64,000 nucleotides of DNA from an uncultured Planctomycetota bacterium (GTDB lineage Bacteria > Planctomycetota > Planctomycetia > Isosphaerales > Isosphaeraceae): positions 1,504,001 through 1,568,000 of the forward strand of contig CAWGMQ010000008.1 in NCBI GenBank assembly GCA_963823665.1, given 5' to 3'. A program made the position numbers and the translations under genes. The notes beneath the pieces are model-generated. The model searched no databases. It worked only from the letters and a program-made list of their open reading frames with translations, and had not been told where the DNA came from. Below are positions 53,401-64,000 of the stretch, piece by piece; the stretch's first letter is position 1; every line of letters starts with the position of its first letter.

Positions 53401-56400
53401 TTGCAGCGTGTTACGATACTCTTCCTGGCAGCGAACCCGTCGGACGAGGCGCGCCTGCAGTTCGACAAGGAGCGACGCGCGATCGAGGATGAGATCCGAA
53501 AGAGCGTTTACCGTGACTGGTTCAAGCTCCCACTGTCTTACGAGCCAAACATCAATTCCGACCGCCTTATTGAGGCGTTCAGGCAGCACAAGCCTCAAAT
53601 CGTTCATTTCGCTGGCCATGGCACGAGTTCGAGCGAGATTATCCTTCAGAACGCCGCTGGGACGTCCCGGCGTGTCCAGTCCGACCAGTTGGAGGAACTA
53701 TTCCGCCTCCACGGACAAGGTGTCAAGCTCGTCGTGCTTAACGCCTGCTATTCCAGTTCCCAAGCTAAGGCCATCACACGCCACGTCCCCTGCGCAGTCG
53801 GGATGCAGCGTGCCATCCCTGACGCGACGGCCGTCGCCGTAGCCGTGACCATGTACCAAGGTTTGGCAAACGGCGAATCAGTCCAAAATGTTTTCGATAC
53901 CGCTCAACTCCAGTTGAAGCTTCAAGATCCTGATTCGGATGGCGCAAATCGCGACCTCATTCGGCTGGGTGGAAGGGCTGTTGAGTCCGAGAAGCTCCTG
54001 GTACTTCATGTCAGAGCCGGGACCGATGCGCACCGCATGTTTGTTGTCAAGTCGGTCGTTGCCGTGGTGGACGGAAAACGCGAACCTCGCCGTGAGGATG
54101 GCGGATCGGTAAGCGAAGACGCACGTGATGCAGCGATGGGCGCTGCGGAAACTTCTTCCAGCCCCGCAGCCAGGGCAGGAGAATCTTGCCAACTCGCGGG
54201 GGTGTCAACCGGCAAAAACCGGTTCGAAGCCGACAGGCGGACGACACCCCGGGAGGACTGTGACGAGATCGTCGACGTCTCGATCTTCTTCGGCCGGACG
54301 CGCGAGCTGAAGGAACTTTGCCGGGCTGTGCGCAAGCGGCGAGTTCGAGTGATCGCGATTCTAGGGTTCGGAGGGATCGGAAAGACCGCGCTTTCAGAAA
54401 AGTTGGTGGAGCGTGTAAAGCCGGGATTCCAGTTCCTCTTCAGGAGGAGCCTGAAAGACGCTCCACCAATCGAGCAATTGCTGGCGGATTGCATTCGGTT
54501 CGTGTCGGGCGAGCCTGACATCGCGGTTCCGAGAGACGTGAACGGGTTAATCGGCATGCTGATCAAGTACTTGGGCCAGCATTCCTGCCTGATCGTCTTG
54601 GACAACGCTGAATCGATCCTCCAGACGGGCCGTCGTGTGGGAACATACAGGGACGGCTACGAAGGCTACGGGGTTTTGATGCGCAAGGTTGGAGAAACGG
54701 TCCATCGGAGCTGTTTACTGATCACTAGCCGAGAGAAACCCGAGGAAATCGCCACGCTTGAGGGCGTCGGATCCTCGGTCTTTTCACTGAATCTGGACGG
54801 TCTCGGAATGCGGGATGCGATCACGCTCCTGAAGCGGAAGGGACTCTCCGCCCCACGGGGTGAGTTGGAGACCGTGGTCGGCCGGTACAAGGGGAACGCG
54901 CTTGCGCTCATGATCGCCGCGAGCTACATCCAGGATACCCCGGGGGGGAGTGTCGCATCGTTCCTACGAGAAAACGTCTCCGTCGTCGGGGACATCCGCG
55001 AATTGGTGTGCCAGCAGATTGAGCGGGTTGCGCCACTCGAGCGCACGGTTGTGTTCTGGCTGGCGATCAACCGCGAACCCACATCCCTCGATGAGCTTCG
55101 GTCCGACCTTAACGATGTTCTGAGGTCGGGGGCACTGGTCGACGCTCTACACTCGCTCAATCGACGTTCATTGATCATGCCGACCGCTTCCAAATTCACC
55201 CTGCAACCGGCCGTCATGGAGTTTGTCATCGAGATGCTTATTGAGCGGGTCTGCGAGGAGGTGACCGGAGGCGCTGGCGATCTCCTCGAGACGCACGCTT
55301 TGATGAAAGCTCAAGCAAGCGACTATATCCGAGAGAGCCAGGTGCGTCTGATAGTGAGGCCCCTGGAACAATGCCTGTCATCCAAAGGAAGATCCCGGAT
55401 TCCAGCACTGGTCAAGACACGGCTTCAAGTCCTACGCGAAACCCAGCGGGACGGCTTCGGCGCCGGAAATCTCCTGAACCTGCTCGTACAGGTGAATGCC
55501 GACCTCACGGGTTTTGACTTCTCGCACCTTACAATCAAACAGGCCTTCCTCCAGGGAGTCTCCCTCAACGACACAAACTTCGCGCACGCACGCTTTGAAA
55601 AATCCGTCTTCACCGACACCTTCGGGAGCGTTACATGCGTGCGATTCAGCCCGGACGGGAGCGTAGTCGCGACGGCCTGCGGTGATGGTACGATCCGCTT
55701 CTGGGGCGACGACGGCACCCACCTCCGCGTCATACTGGCCCATAGCGACTGGGTGCGCTCGGTCGCCTTCCACCCGGAGGGCGCCATCCTGGCAAGCGCG
55801 AGTGACGATAGGACCATCAGGTTGTGCCGGGTTGATACCGGGGAGTTGATAAGAGAGTTGCGCGGGCACAGCGACCGCGTCTTCGCGGTAGCCTATTCGC
55901 CGGATGGCGACCTGCTCGCGTCTGGAGGAGGGGACGGTGTCGTCCGAATTTGGCGGTCGGTGTCCGGAGAGTCGCTTGCGGCCCTGCAAGGGCATGTCAG
56001 AGCGGTGCGTGCCGTGGACTTCAGCAGGGTTAGCGACAAGCTGGTAAGCGCCGGCGAAGACGGAGTAGTTATCGTGTGGGAGCTGACCACTCACAGCAAA
56101 TTGGCGACATACAAACAACATTCCGGTCAAGTGAGCGCGGTCGCCTTCAGTCACGACGGGCGGTTTATCGCAAGCGGCGGCCAGGATCGAGTCGTGAGGA
56201 TTTGGAACTCGGAAAGCGGGGAAACCGTGGCGGAATTGCGCGGACACACCGACGCCATCCTGAGCCTTGCCTTCCGCGGAGATACCCTGGAACTCGCCAG
56301 TGCGGGCATCGACCGCCTCGTCAGGATCTGGGACGGCGCCGAGCGGAGCGCCCCCAAGAGCCAGGGAATTCTGAGGAAAGCCTTGGAGGGCCACATGAAT

Positions 56401-57504
56401 TGGGTGAATACTGTCACATACAACCGGACGGCAGACGCGCTCGCCAGCGGCGGCGCCGACCAAACAGTGCGGATATGGAACGCAGATTCGGGCAACCGCC
56501 TGAGGACGCTGCAGGGGTACGGGAGCCCGGTGTGGTCTCTCGCCCTGAACAGCAGCGACGCAGTGCTTGCGAGCGGCCACGGTGATAACACCATAAGGCT
56601 CTGGCAGTTCGACTCTCGCACGTGCTGCCGGATTCTCCGGGGACATTCCAACTGGGTCTGGGCCGTCACATTTTGCGACGACCAACTGCTGGCGAGCGCG
56701 AGTGGTGACGGGACTGTACGCTTGTGGGATATCGGGACTGGTAGGTGCATCCGGCAGCTGCTCGGACATTTCTCCGGCGTACGCGGCCTCGCTGTTTCGC
56801 CAGACGGCGCCCGCCTCGCGAGCTGCAGCCACGACCAGACAATCCGCATTTGGGATCTTCGGACGGCCGCGTGCGTGCGCGTGCTCGAAGGGCACACGAA
56901 CCTAGTCGAATCGGTGGCGTTCCACCGAGACGGCAGCACGCTCGCTAGCGGCGGGGCCGATCAATCCGTCGTTCTCTGGAACGCCGATACCGGCGAGCGG
57001 AAATGCGTCCTTGGGCGAGACCTCGGCAGGATTCGGCTCACGAAATTCAGTCCTGACGGCGTGGGAGTGGCTGCTTGTAGCGACGACACAACGGTTCGTA
57101 TCTGGGATATTCGAACGAACGAGTGTGTTGCACTCTTGCGGGGTCATAGCGATCGCGTCACTTCCCTCGACTACAGCCCAGACGGCAAATTCTTGGTCAC
57201 GTGTGGTGTCGACTGTACTGTGCGGCTCTGGAGGACCGCCACCAGCGAATGCGTCGCTATCCTTTACAGCCATCTGGCCCACGTCCGGACGGTCATCTTC
57301 GACCATGCCGGTCGGTCGGTCGCCAGCGGGGGGCTCGACGAGTCGATCAAAATCGTCAAGATTCTAACATCAGAATTACCAGTCACGATAAGAATAGAAA
57401 AACCATATCATAATATGAATATTACTAATGTTCGTGGCTTAACAGAGGCACAGACGATGGCCCTGAAATCGCTCGGCGCGATCGACGATCGCTCGCCCGC
57501 CTAG
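53401..57504 (+). CDS. CHAT (caspase-like) - NB-ARC/STAND NTPase - pentapeptide - 14x WD40 protein
   Basis: ILFLAANP, HFAGHG and VLNACYS (CHAT His/Cys); FFGR..EL, GFGGIGKT, LIVLDNAE and LITSRE (STAND); 14 GH..WD-type repeats; C-terminal PY..MNIT.V.GLTEAQ. Confidence 0.92.
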   Translation: MQRVTILFLAANPSDEARLQFDKERRAIEDEIRKSVYRDWFKLPLSYEPNINSDRLIEAFRQHKPQIVHFAGHGTSSSEIILQNAAGTSRRVQSDQLEELFRLHGQGVKLVVLNACYSSSQAKAITRHVPCAVGMQRAIPDATAVAVAVTMYQGLANGESVQNVFDTAQLQLKLQDPDSDGANRDLIRLGGRAVESEKLLVLHVRAGTDAHRMFVVKSVVAVVDGKREPRREDGGSVSEDARDAAMGAAETSSSPAARAGESCQLAGVSTGKNRFEADRRTTPREDCDEIVDVSIFFGRTRELKELCRAVRKRRVRVIAILGFGGIGKTALSEKLVERVKPGFQFLFRRSLKDAPPIEQLLADCIRFVSGEPDIAVPRDVNGLIGMLIKYLGQHSCLIVLDNAESILQTGRRVGTYRDGYEGYGVLMRKVGETVHRSCLLITSREKPEEIATLEGVGSSVFSLNLDGLGMRDAITLLKRKGLSAPRGELETVVGRYKGNALALMIAASYIQDTPGGSVASFLRENVSVVGDIRELVCQQIERVAPLERTVVFWLAINREPTSLDELRSDLNDVLRSGALVDALHSLNRRSLIMPTASKFTLQPAVMEFVIEMLIERVCEEVTGGAGDLLETHALMKAQASDYIRESQVRLIVRPLEQCLSSKGRSRIPALVKTRLQVLRETQRDGFGAGNLLNLLVQVNADLTGFDFSHLTIKQAFLQGVSLNDTNFAHARFEKSVFTDTFGSVTCVRFSPDGSVVATACGDGTIRFWGDDGTHLRVILAHSDWVRSVAFHPEGAILASASDDRTIRLCRVDTGELIRELRGHSDRVFAVAYSPDGDLLASGGGDGVVRIWRSVSGESLAALQGHVRAVRAVDFSRVSDKLVSAGEDGVVIVWELTTHSKLATYKQHSGQVSAVAFSHDGRFIASGGQDRVVRIWNSESGETVAELRGHTDAILSLAFRGDTLELASAGIDRLVRIWDGAERSAPKSQGILRKALEGHMNWVNTVTYNRTADALASGGADQTVRIWNADSGNRLRTLQGYGSPVWSLALNSSDAVLASGHGDNTIRLWQFDSRTCCRILRGHSNWVWAVTFCDDQLLASASGDGTVRLWDIGTGRCIRQLLGHFSGVRGLAVSPDGARLASCSHDQTIRIWDLRTAACVRVLEGHTNLVESVAFHRDGSTLASGGADQSVVLWNADTGERKCVLGRDLGRIRLTKFSPDGVGVAACSDDTTVRIWDIRTNECVALLRGHSDRVTSLDYSPDGKFLVTCGVDCTVRLWRTATSECVAILYSHLAHVRTVIFDHAGRSVASGGLDESIKIVKILTSELPVTIRIEKPYHNMNITNVRGLTEAQTMALKSLGAIDDRSPA

Positions 57505-57526
57505 GCACGAGAACCGAGGTAACACC

Positions 57527-58234
57527 GTGAAAAGAGTTGGTCCGCGAGCACGCATCGAATGTGTTGTCGTCGATCTCGACGGTACGATTTTGGACCGCCC
57601 GGCCTCTCTTCCGGGCGAGGCCAATTCCGCGGCGTTGAGCTCTCTCTTATCGAAGGACGAGTGCCTTCACGACCTGAGCGAGCTCATGCGAAAAGTATCG
57701 ACAGCCGTGACAGTGGGAAAGGGAATTCTGGCTTCCAAGACCTGCCAATTCGAGACGCTCCTCGACCATCTAGGTCGGAACGACCGCGGTCTGGCAGACC
57801 GCCTGTTCAATCAGTATATGCAAGTTTACCTCTCGCGCTGCCAACTGTACCCCGAGGTCAAATCGGTACTCGAAGCGCTCGACGCGCGCGGCGTTCGCGT
57901 CGGACTCATCACGAATAGCCCCGACGACATCGTCACCGAACTCTTGCGGCACTTTCATGTCGATCGACATTTTGATTTCATCGTCGCTGCGTCCCTAATT
58001 CGGCATCCCAAGCCGTCACAGGCGTTCACTCGCGCCCTAGGTGAACTGGCCGGTGTGCCCCCGAACGTTCTCGTCCTTGCTGGCGATGGCGACGAAGATG
58101 AGGCCACAGCCGCGGCGATGGGAGCGATCTTTTATCGCGTGGTTAGGGGCCGTAACCAGCCATCATCAGCCGCTCCTTTTCAAGTGGCCGACCTCGCGCA
58201 GCTGTTCGACACGTGCTTCCCGAACGGTGTCTGA
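57527..58234 (+). CDS. HAD family hydrolase/phosphatase
   Basis: Motif I DLDGT, motif II ITN, motif III KP and motif IV GDGDED. Confidence 0.88.
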   Translation: MKRVGPRARIECVVVDLDGTILDRPASLPGEANSAALSSLLSKDECLHDLSELMRKVSTAVTVGKGILASKTCQFETLLDHLGRNDRGLADRLFNQYMQVYLSRCQLYPEVKSVLEALDARGVRVGLITNSPDDIVTELLRHFHVDRHFDFIVAASLIRHPKPSQAFTRALGELAGVPPNVLVLAGDGDEDEATAAAMGAIFYRVVRGRNQPSSAAPFQVADLAQLFDTCFPNGV

Positions 58235-58357
58235 CCCCCACAGAGGCCGCACCCCGAGTCCCTGAGCCGCTCTTCGCTCGACGTAGCGCACCCAAGACCG
58301 ACGCCGCAAAAAAACCTCGCATCTCGTGCTAGGTTTCTGGCCGCGCTCGGCTACTCA

Positions 58358-59442
58358 TTGGTGACCGAACGAGAAGCTGAATCATTCACCCGTTACGACG
58401 GGAGACGATCACATGAATCCGCGGAAAGCGCGCCATTCGCACCGGAACCCTCTCCTGCACCTCTGGCAGATCGCACCTTATCGTGCCGGATATCGCGAGC
58501 GCCGCTCGGCGTCCTGCAAATCAAGGCGAACGTACCCGCGACAGTTTCGGGCGTCACGATAAGCGGTGGCAAGGCGGAAATCGGCGCAGGGGTGCTGAAC
58601 AGCGGCAACGTCAACCTGTCGGGCGTGGCGGTCAGCGGCAACGTCGCCGGGATCGACGGTGGCGGTGTGTTTAATAGCGACGGCGAACTCACGATGAACC
58701 ACTGCACTATCTCTGGAAACTCGGCGCAACACGGCGGAAGTGTGTACGTCGGCAGAAGTACCGCGCTCACGGATCTCGACAACAGCACGGTCAGCGGCAA
58801 CTCTGCGTATGATGGCGGTGGCTTGTATAGCGGCGTCGGCGCTCCCCTCGCGATTTCCGATTGCACGATCAGTAGCAACACCGCCCAGAACGTGGGTGGC
58901 GCCCTCGACAACGGATGGGGGGGACCGCCTCGCTGACTGACCGCACGATCAGCGGCAACGTCGCCGACTCGGAGGGCGGCGGCTTCTACAACGGTCGTTA
59001 TACAACTCTCAGCGAGACCAACTGCACGATGAGCGGCAACTCCGCCTCCGCCAACGGAGGCGGCGCTTTGAATAACTTCTACCACGGCAAGGTGTTCCTC
59101 ACGAACACCATCGTGGCGGGTAACACCGGGCCAGGAAATGCACCGAGCGATATTACTTTTAGCCTTTTCTTAGGCAGAAGGACGCCCATCCGCGGCCAAT
59201 ACAACTTCATAGGACCGGGCGGGTCGGGCGGAATCCATGGCGGCGGCGGAAACATCATCATGACGAATCTCGCCAAACTGGACCTGGGTCCGCTGGCCAA
59301 CAATGGCGGGCCTACCCAGACAATGGCCCTGTTGCCCGGAAGTGCGGCGATCCACGCCGGCATCACGGTCACTGGTCACACCACCGACCAGCGTTTTTCA
59401 CCAATCGACTCGCCCCCCGACATTGGCGCGTATCAGACTTAG
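58358..59442 (+). pseudogene. Fragment of a right-handed beta-helix / polymorphic-membrane-repeat protein with choice-of-anchor-Q-like end
   Basis: Repeated TISGN.A..GGG.YN; LGPLANNGGPTQTMALLPGS and TDQR..DIGAYQ. No signal peptide; frame break near 58930. Confidence 0.7.
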
Positions 59443-59734
59443 TTCGCAAGCGACGCTCAAACCCATGTCACCGCCGAGGACGGAACGACTTCCGTGGCCG
59501 ATCCAGATGGTCGTGATGGACCTCGACGGCGGCCACCGATCGAAGATCCACATGCCCGACGCGAGAATAACCGACATGCCGGACTCGCGATGATGCCGGA
59601 CCTTGGTCGATCGCACTCTCGCGTCGAGAGGCCTGACTGAAGAATGCGGAGCAGTCGCACTCTGGCTGCATCGACCAAAATGCCCCTGGTCCGATCTCTC
59701 GAACCAGGGGCACAGTCGCAATTCGCGTCTGCGG

Positions 59735-60386
59735 TCACAGAAGGTTGACGACCTTTTCGGCGAGGCCCTTGTCGCCAAGGACAATGTTGAGCTTGCCGCC
59801 GGCGGCTACCTTCTCCAAGACTTCCAGCTCACGCAGCCGCATGAGGGTTGGGCTCTCCGCCAGCAACTTGGCCGTGTTGGCCTGGCTGCGAATAGCCGCC
59901 GTCTCCTCTCGACGCGCGATCAGGTTGCTCTCGGCTGCCTTCCTGGCTTCCGTCACCTTGTTCATCAGGTCCTTGATCTCCCCGGGCAGAATCACGTCAC
60001 GAATGCCGACCGTGGCGATCGCGAGACCGAGCTCGCCGGCCCGACGCCGGAGGGTCTCCTCGATCTCGCGGGCAACGGCGTCCTTGTCCGTCAGGAGAAC
60101 GTCGAGCTCCCGTGCCCCGACCGCGGCCCGCAGAACGAGCTGTGTGTCGCGATATAGCGCCTGCCGTACGTCGTCGGTCTGGCTGATCGCCTTGCGAGCG
60201 TCGACGATCTTGTAAGTCGCCACAGCGTTCAACCGCAGTGTGACCTTGTCGGCCGTCATGATCTCCTGACCGCCGACGTCGACCATCGTCTCCCGCAAGT
60301 CGACCTCGACCACCCTGGCGTCCGCCGGGCCCTTCCAGAACGCGTATTCACCCGGCTCGAGCGTGCCAGAGTAGCGGCCGTCGATC
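59735..60386 (-). pseudogene. 5'-truncated slipin / SPFH (band 7) protein
   Basis: IDGRY..LEPGEYAFW, GQEIMTADKVTLRLN, IRDVILPGE and RREETAA.RSQANTAKL...PTLMRLRELE. Resemblance stops abruptly near 60387. Confidence 0.8.
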
Positions 60387-60702
60387 GCAGAAGGTGAAGC
60401 GTTCGCGGCTCACACGAGAAAGCACGGAGAAGCGCTTGAGCCGTGGTCTCCCCCGGATCCGAAGCGCGAGAAGCATGGCCTTCGTCCCAAAGCGAGCCTT
60501 GAGATCCATCAGCCAGCCGCTTTGCGCTGCTTTGCCGAGCGAGCGCCGCGGCGGAACCTGCGTTCTGCAAGGTGCCTGCGCGTGCTGCCAGTAACCCCGG
60601 CGAACCAGAGTTGTGGCCGAACCAACGAACGTTCACCTCCTTTGGGCTTCGTGGTCGAACAGGTCTTGCGACCGTTTCGTAGAGAGTCGATTCAGCGCCG
60701 AC

Positions 60703-60773
60703 GTGTGGTACGGGAGTCGAACCCGTGACAGCCAGATTATCGGTCTGGTGCTCTACCCCTGAGCTAACCGTGC
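60703..60773 (-). ncRNA. tRNA-like RNA (Ile GAT anticodon) with a degenerate acceptor stem
   Basis: Minus strand folds as D-arm GCTC-AGGGGTA-GAGC, anticodon arm CCAGA-CCGATAA-TCTGG and T-arm ACGGG-TTCGACT-CCCGT. Acceptor GCACGGT/ACCACAC has 3 mismatches, position 33 is C not U, and no CCA is encoded. Confidence 0.8.
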
Positions 60774-60955
60774 TGATGACCTCCGTTCAGAACCCATGTA
60801 CGGTACAGGCGGAGCCAAACCCTCTCGGGTGACTCGCCTGCCGCTGGTCGGATGCCATCACTTCATTTCAGATCCGCGGCGGCCTCGAAATGTTCGCGGA
60901 ACAGAAAATAAGACTCACCCTCGAAGCGGATGAGGGTGTGCACCGCGCCGAACAT

Positions 60956-63900
60956 TCAAGGGGACTTCTTCGGCCGGGCAAGAGATGTCTCGTCTAACTC
61001 TTCGAGCAGTTTCTTGAAATCCTCCCGCGTGCGAAACGCCTCGAGTGCCGCCTCGGTGCGGAAGGCGCTCGCGTTCCGGAAGCCGACTGTCGACGGCCTT
61101 TCTCAGCAGAGCCATCGCCTGGGCCGCTTCGGCCTTGCCGTCGTCGGCCGACACGCCGGCTCCGTCCTTCCCGGCCAGGCCGGCGAGCGCCGCGCGGCAG
61201 CACGCTGTCTCGAACCGCTCTTCGCCCGACCGCGAGGTGAGCCCGTCATACAGCCCCAGTGCGCCGGCGGGTATCGGCCGACCCACCCGTGAGGTCGCTC
61301 AGTCGCGCAGGGCCAATCCGCGCCGTCGCAACGAGTGGGCCAGGAGGCTGCGGTACCACGGATTGGGGTTTTCCTTGACCAGCTTTTCGTGGATGGCGAT
61401 GGCCCGTTCGTAATCTTCGCGCGCCTCCGCGAGCCGGCCGAGCGCACGAATCACGTCGCCGAGGTAGTAAAGAGCGCCGGCGAGGCCAACCTTGTGGCCT
61501 GGGGCATTGGGGTTGTCGTCGCTCAGCTTCTGGTAAAGCGCGATGGCGTTGCGCTCCTCGGCCTCAGCCTCCGCCGCCCGGCCCGTCTGCGACAGCAGGA
61601 TACCGAGATCGAGGTGATTATTCGCGAGCTCGGCGCGAATGCGCGGTGACGGAGGGATCAAGGTCGGCCAGCTTTTGATAGATCGCCATCGACTTGCGGT
61701 ATTCCGCTTCCGCCTCAGGCAGCTTGCCCGACTCGCCGAGCAGATAGCCCAGATTGTGGCGGCTGCGTGCCAGATCACTCTGGAGCTTGGTGACGGTGGG
61801 GTTGTCGTCGGCAAGCTTTTGTCTGATCGCCATCGCCTTCTGGAACTCAGCCTGAGATTCCGCGGGCCGGCCCGTTTGATGCAGCAGGATCGCGAGCGAA
61901 GAATGGCTGTCCGCCAGGTTGCCGCGGTAATCGGCGACGGTGGGATTCTCTTCGGCCAGCTTCTGATAGATCGCCATCGACTTTCGGTGCTCGACTTCCG
62001 ACTCCGAGGCGCGGCCGGTCTGGCTCAGCACTTCCCCGAGGTTTCTGTGGCTCAGCGCCAGGTCGTTCCGGAATTCGATGACGGCGGGATTATCGTCGGC
62101 GAGCTTTTGCTTGATCGCCATCGCCTCGCGGAACGCGGCTTCCGAGTCTTTGGATCGGCCCGCGATCGTTAGCAGCAGGCTGCCGCGGTTGTTGGAGATG
62201 ATCCCCAGGCGACGCCGGATTTCGGAATTAGCTGGGTTTTCCTGGGCCAGCTTCTGATAGATCGCTAGCGCCTTGCTGTATTCGACGTCGGCCTCCGACG
62301 GCCGACCCGTTCTTCCAAGCAGATTGCCGATGCGGTTGATGGTGTTCGCCAGCTCGCGCCGGGCCTCCATCGTTGCGTCGGGCGCCTCGGTCAGCACTTC
62401 CTGGTCAGACCGAGCCTGGCGAAGGACCTCTAGCCCGTCGGCGGCGTGGCCTGTGCTGTAGAGCAGGTAGCCAAGCCGAGACCGGCAGTCGGCCAGGGCG
62501 GCCCGTACCGGGGCGGTCGCCGAGGCGCTCGCAGCCGGGGCTTCGAGCAAAGCCTCGGCCTCCCGATACGTTGCCACGGCGTCGTCGGTCTTGCCGACTC
62601 CCTCGAGAAGGGTCGCGACGGCCGTCAGGCTGCGACCGACATCGGCGCTGGTCTCGGCGTCGGCGTTCGGGCTCGGCCGCCAGCGCCTTCCTTGCGGCCA
62701 GCACCGCGCGGTGCGCCGCCAGGGCCTCCTCCTTGCGTCCGACCTTGTCGGTCAGGTCGGCCAGCTCGAAGTTCGAGCGCCGTCAGCGCCCGCCGTGAGG
62801 CCAGGTCGGTCTCGTTGCCGAGCAGGGCCGACAGCTTGCCGTAGAAGTCGGCAGCCGATTTCAACAGCCGGTCGCGCAGCTCCTTGAACTGGTTCTGCTT
62901 GAGCAGGAAGTCCTCGCTGACACCCGTGTGGAACGTCTTGATGGCGTCGACGGCGAGATTGTAACGCGCCTGAACCTTGATGTTGGCGGTGGTCAGGTCG
63001 GCATTGGCCGCGGCCAGCGCCGTGTTGGCCCGTGCCGCACGGATCAGACCCCAGGTGGTGCCCACCATCCCCAGCACGAGCGACAGCATGACCAGGCCCG
63101 CCGCCACAACCTGGCCCTTGTGCCGGCTGGCGAACTTGCGGAGCCGATAGCCTGCACTTGGCGGCCGCGCCTCCACCACCTCGTTGGCCAGGTAGCGCTG
63201 GATGTCGCGGGCCAGGCCGCTGGCCGTTTCGTACCGTCGGTCGCGCTCCTTTTCCAGGCACTTCATCACGACCCAGTCCAGGTCGCCCTCGCAGCATCGT
63301 CATCAGCTTGCGCGGCTCGGTCTGCCGCAGCGCCGCCTGCGACGGCAGCGAAGCGTCCGATCGACAGCCGCGTCGAGGGCTTCGAAGGCTCTTCCTCGCG
63401 AATGATCCGGATCATTTCCGAGAACGCTGCCTTCTTGAGCCGTGCCGCGTCGGTCGGGCGTAGGCCCGTCAGCAGCTCGTACAGGATCACGCCCAGCGAG
63501 TAGATGTCGGACCTCGTGTCGACGTCTTCTCCCGAGAATCCCGCCTGCTCGGGCGACATGTAATCAAGCGTGCCGACCACCGCGCCGAACTGCGTGGCCA
63601 GCGTTTCATCGGTCAGCTTGCCGGCGGTCGCCTTCGCCACTCCGAAGTCGATGACCTTGGGCACCGGCTTGCCGTCAATCAGCGTGACCAGGATGTTGGC
63701 GGGCTTGAGGTCACGATGGACAATTCCCTTCTGATGCGCGTGCTGCACCGCCTGGCAGATCGGTACGAAGAGCTCGAGACGCTCCGTCGGCGTGAGCTTC
63801 GCGTCGTCGCAGAATTTCGAGAGCGGTAGGCCGTTGACCAGCTCCATGACGAAAAAGGGCTGTCCGTTCGGCGTCAGACCGCCGTCGAGCACCTTGGCGA

Positions 63901-64000
63901 TGTTGGGGTGGTCCATGAGCGCGAGCGCCTGGCGTTCCTGCTCGAACCGCTGCAGCACAGCCCGGGAATCCATCCCCGGCTTGATCAGCTTGAGCGCGAC
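60956..64000 (-). CDS. Serine/threonine protein kinase with TM segment and TPR repeats (5' end outside window; several frameshifts)
   Basis: [32 protein letters not shown] and [28 protein letters not shown] units LA..NP....R..LA.SH. Confidence 0.9.

Noticed and set aside
39505..57504. Serpin as regulator of the CHAT protease
   Set aside because: The serpin appears secreted and lies about 13 kb away in a different gene cluster; no supporting evidence.
60703..60773. Functional tRNA-Ile or an integration site
   Set aside because: Acceptor stem has 3 mismatches and C33; no integrase or duplicated 3' end was seen.

Overview
GC-rich bacterial DNA whose gene content points to a planctomycete, probably Isosphaeraceae-like (inference from the LEPRxLL-type signal motif, YTV-like Val/Thr/Pro repeat proteins, a TPR/ExbB/prenyltransferase-repeat module and a Ser/Thr kinase-TPR gene). 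Many genes, including housekeeping ones (rne, hemB, hemL, thiE), are split by single-base frameshifts, most likely long-read indel errors. The left half is mostly core: GlmU-like transferase, L-lactate permease, hpf-ptsN-HPr, TIGR03936 protein, RNase E/G, hemB-Rpn-hemL, ClpN-ThiE and glutathione peroxidase. The right half is accessory-rich: a GNAT locus, YTV-like proteins, NYN-LOTUS, a serpin, a PspA/ESCRT-III + AAA+ ATPase operon, a cobalamin-riboswitch operon, and a five-gene block (HPRT, HIT-like hydrolase, divergent SAH-hydrolase-like protein, CHAT-NB-ARC-WD40 NLR-like protein, HAD phosphatase). That five-gene block is the best candidate for an undescribed nucleotide-linked defence or signalling system. 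It is followed by decayed genes and a tRNA-like RNA upstream of a truncated band-7/slipin gene. All family calls come from motif recognition by eye; no database searches were run.
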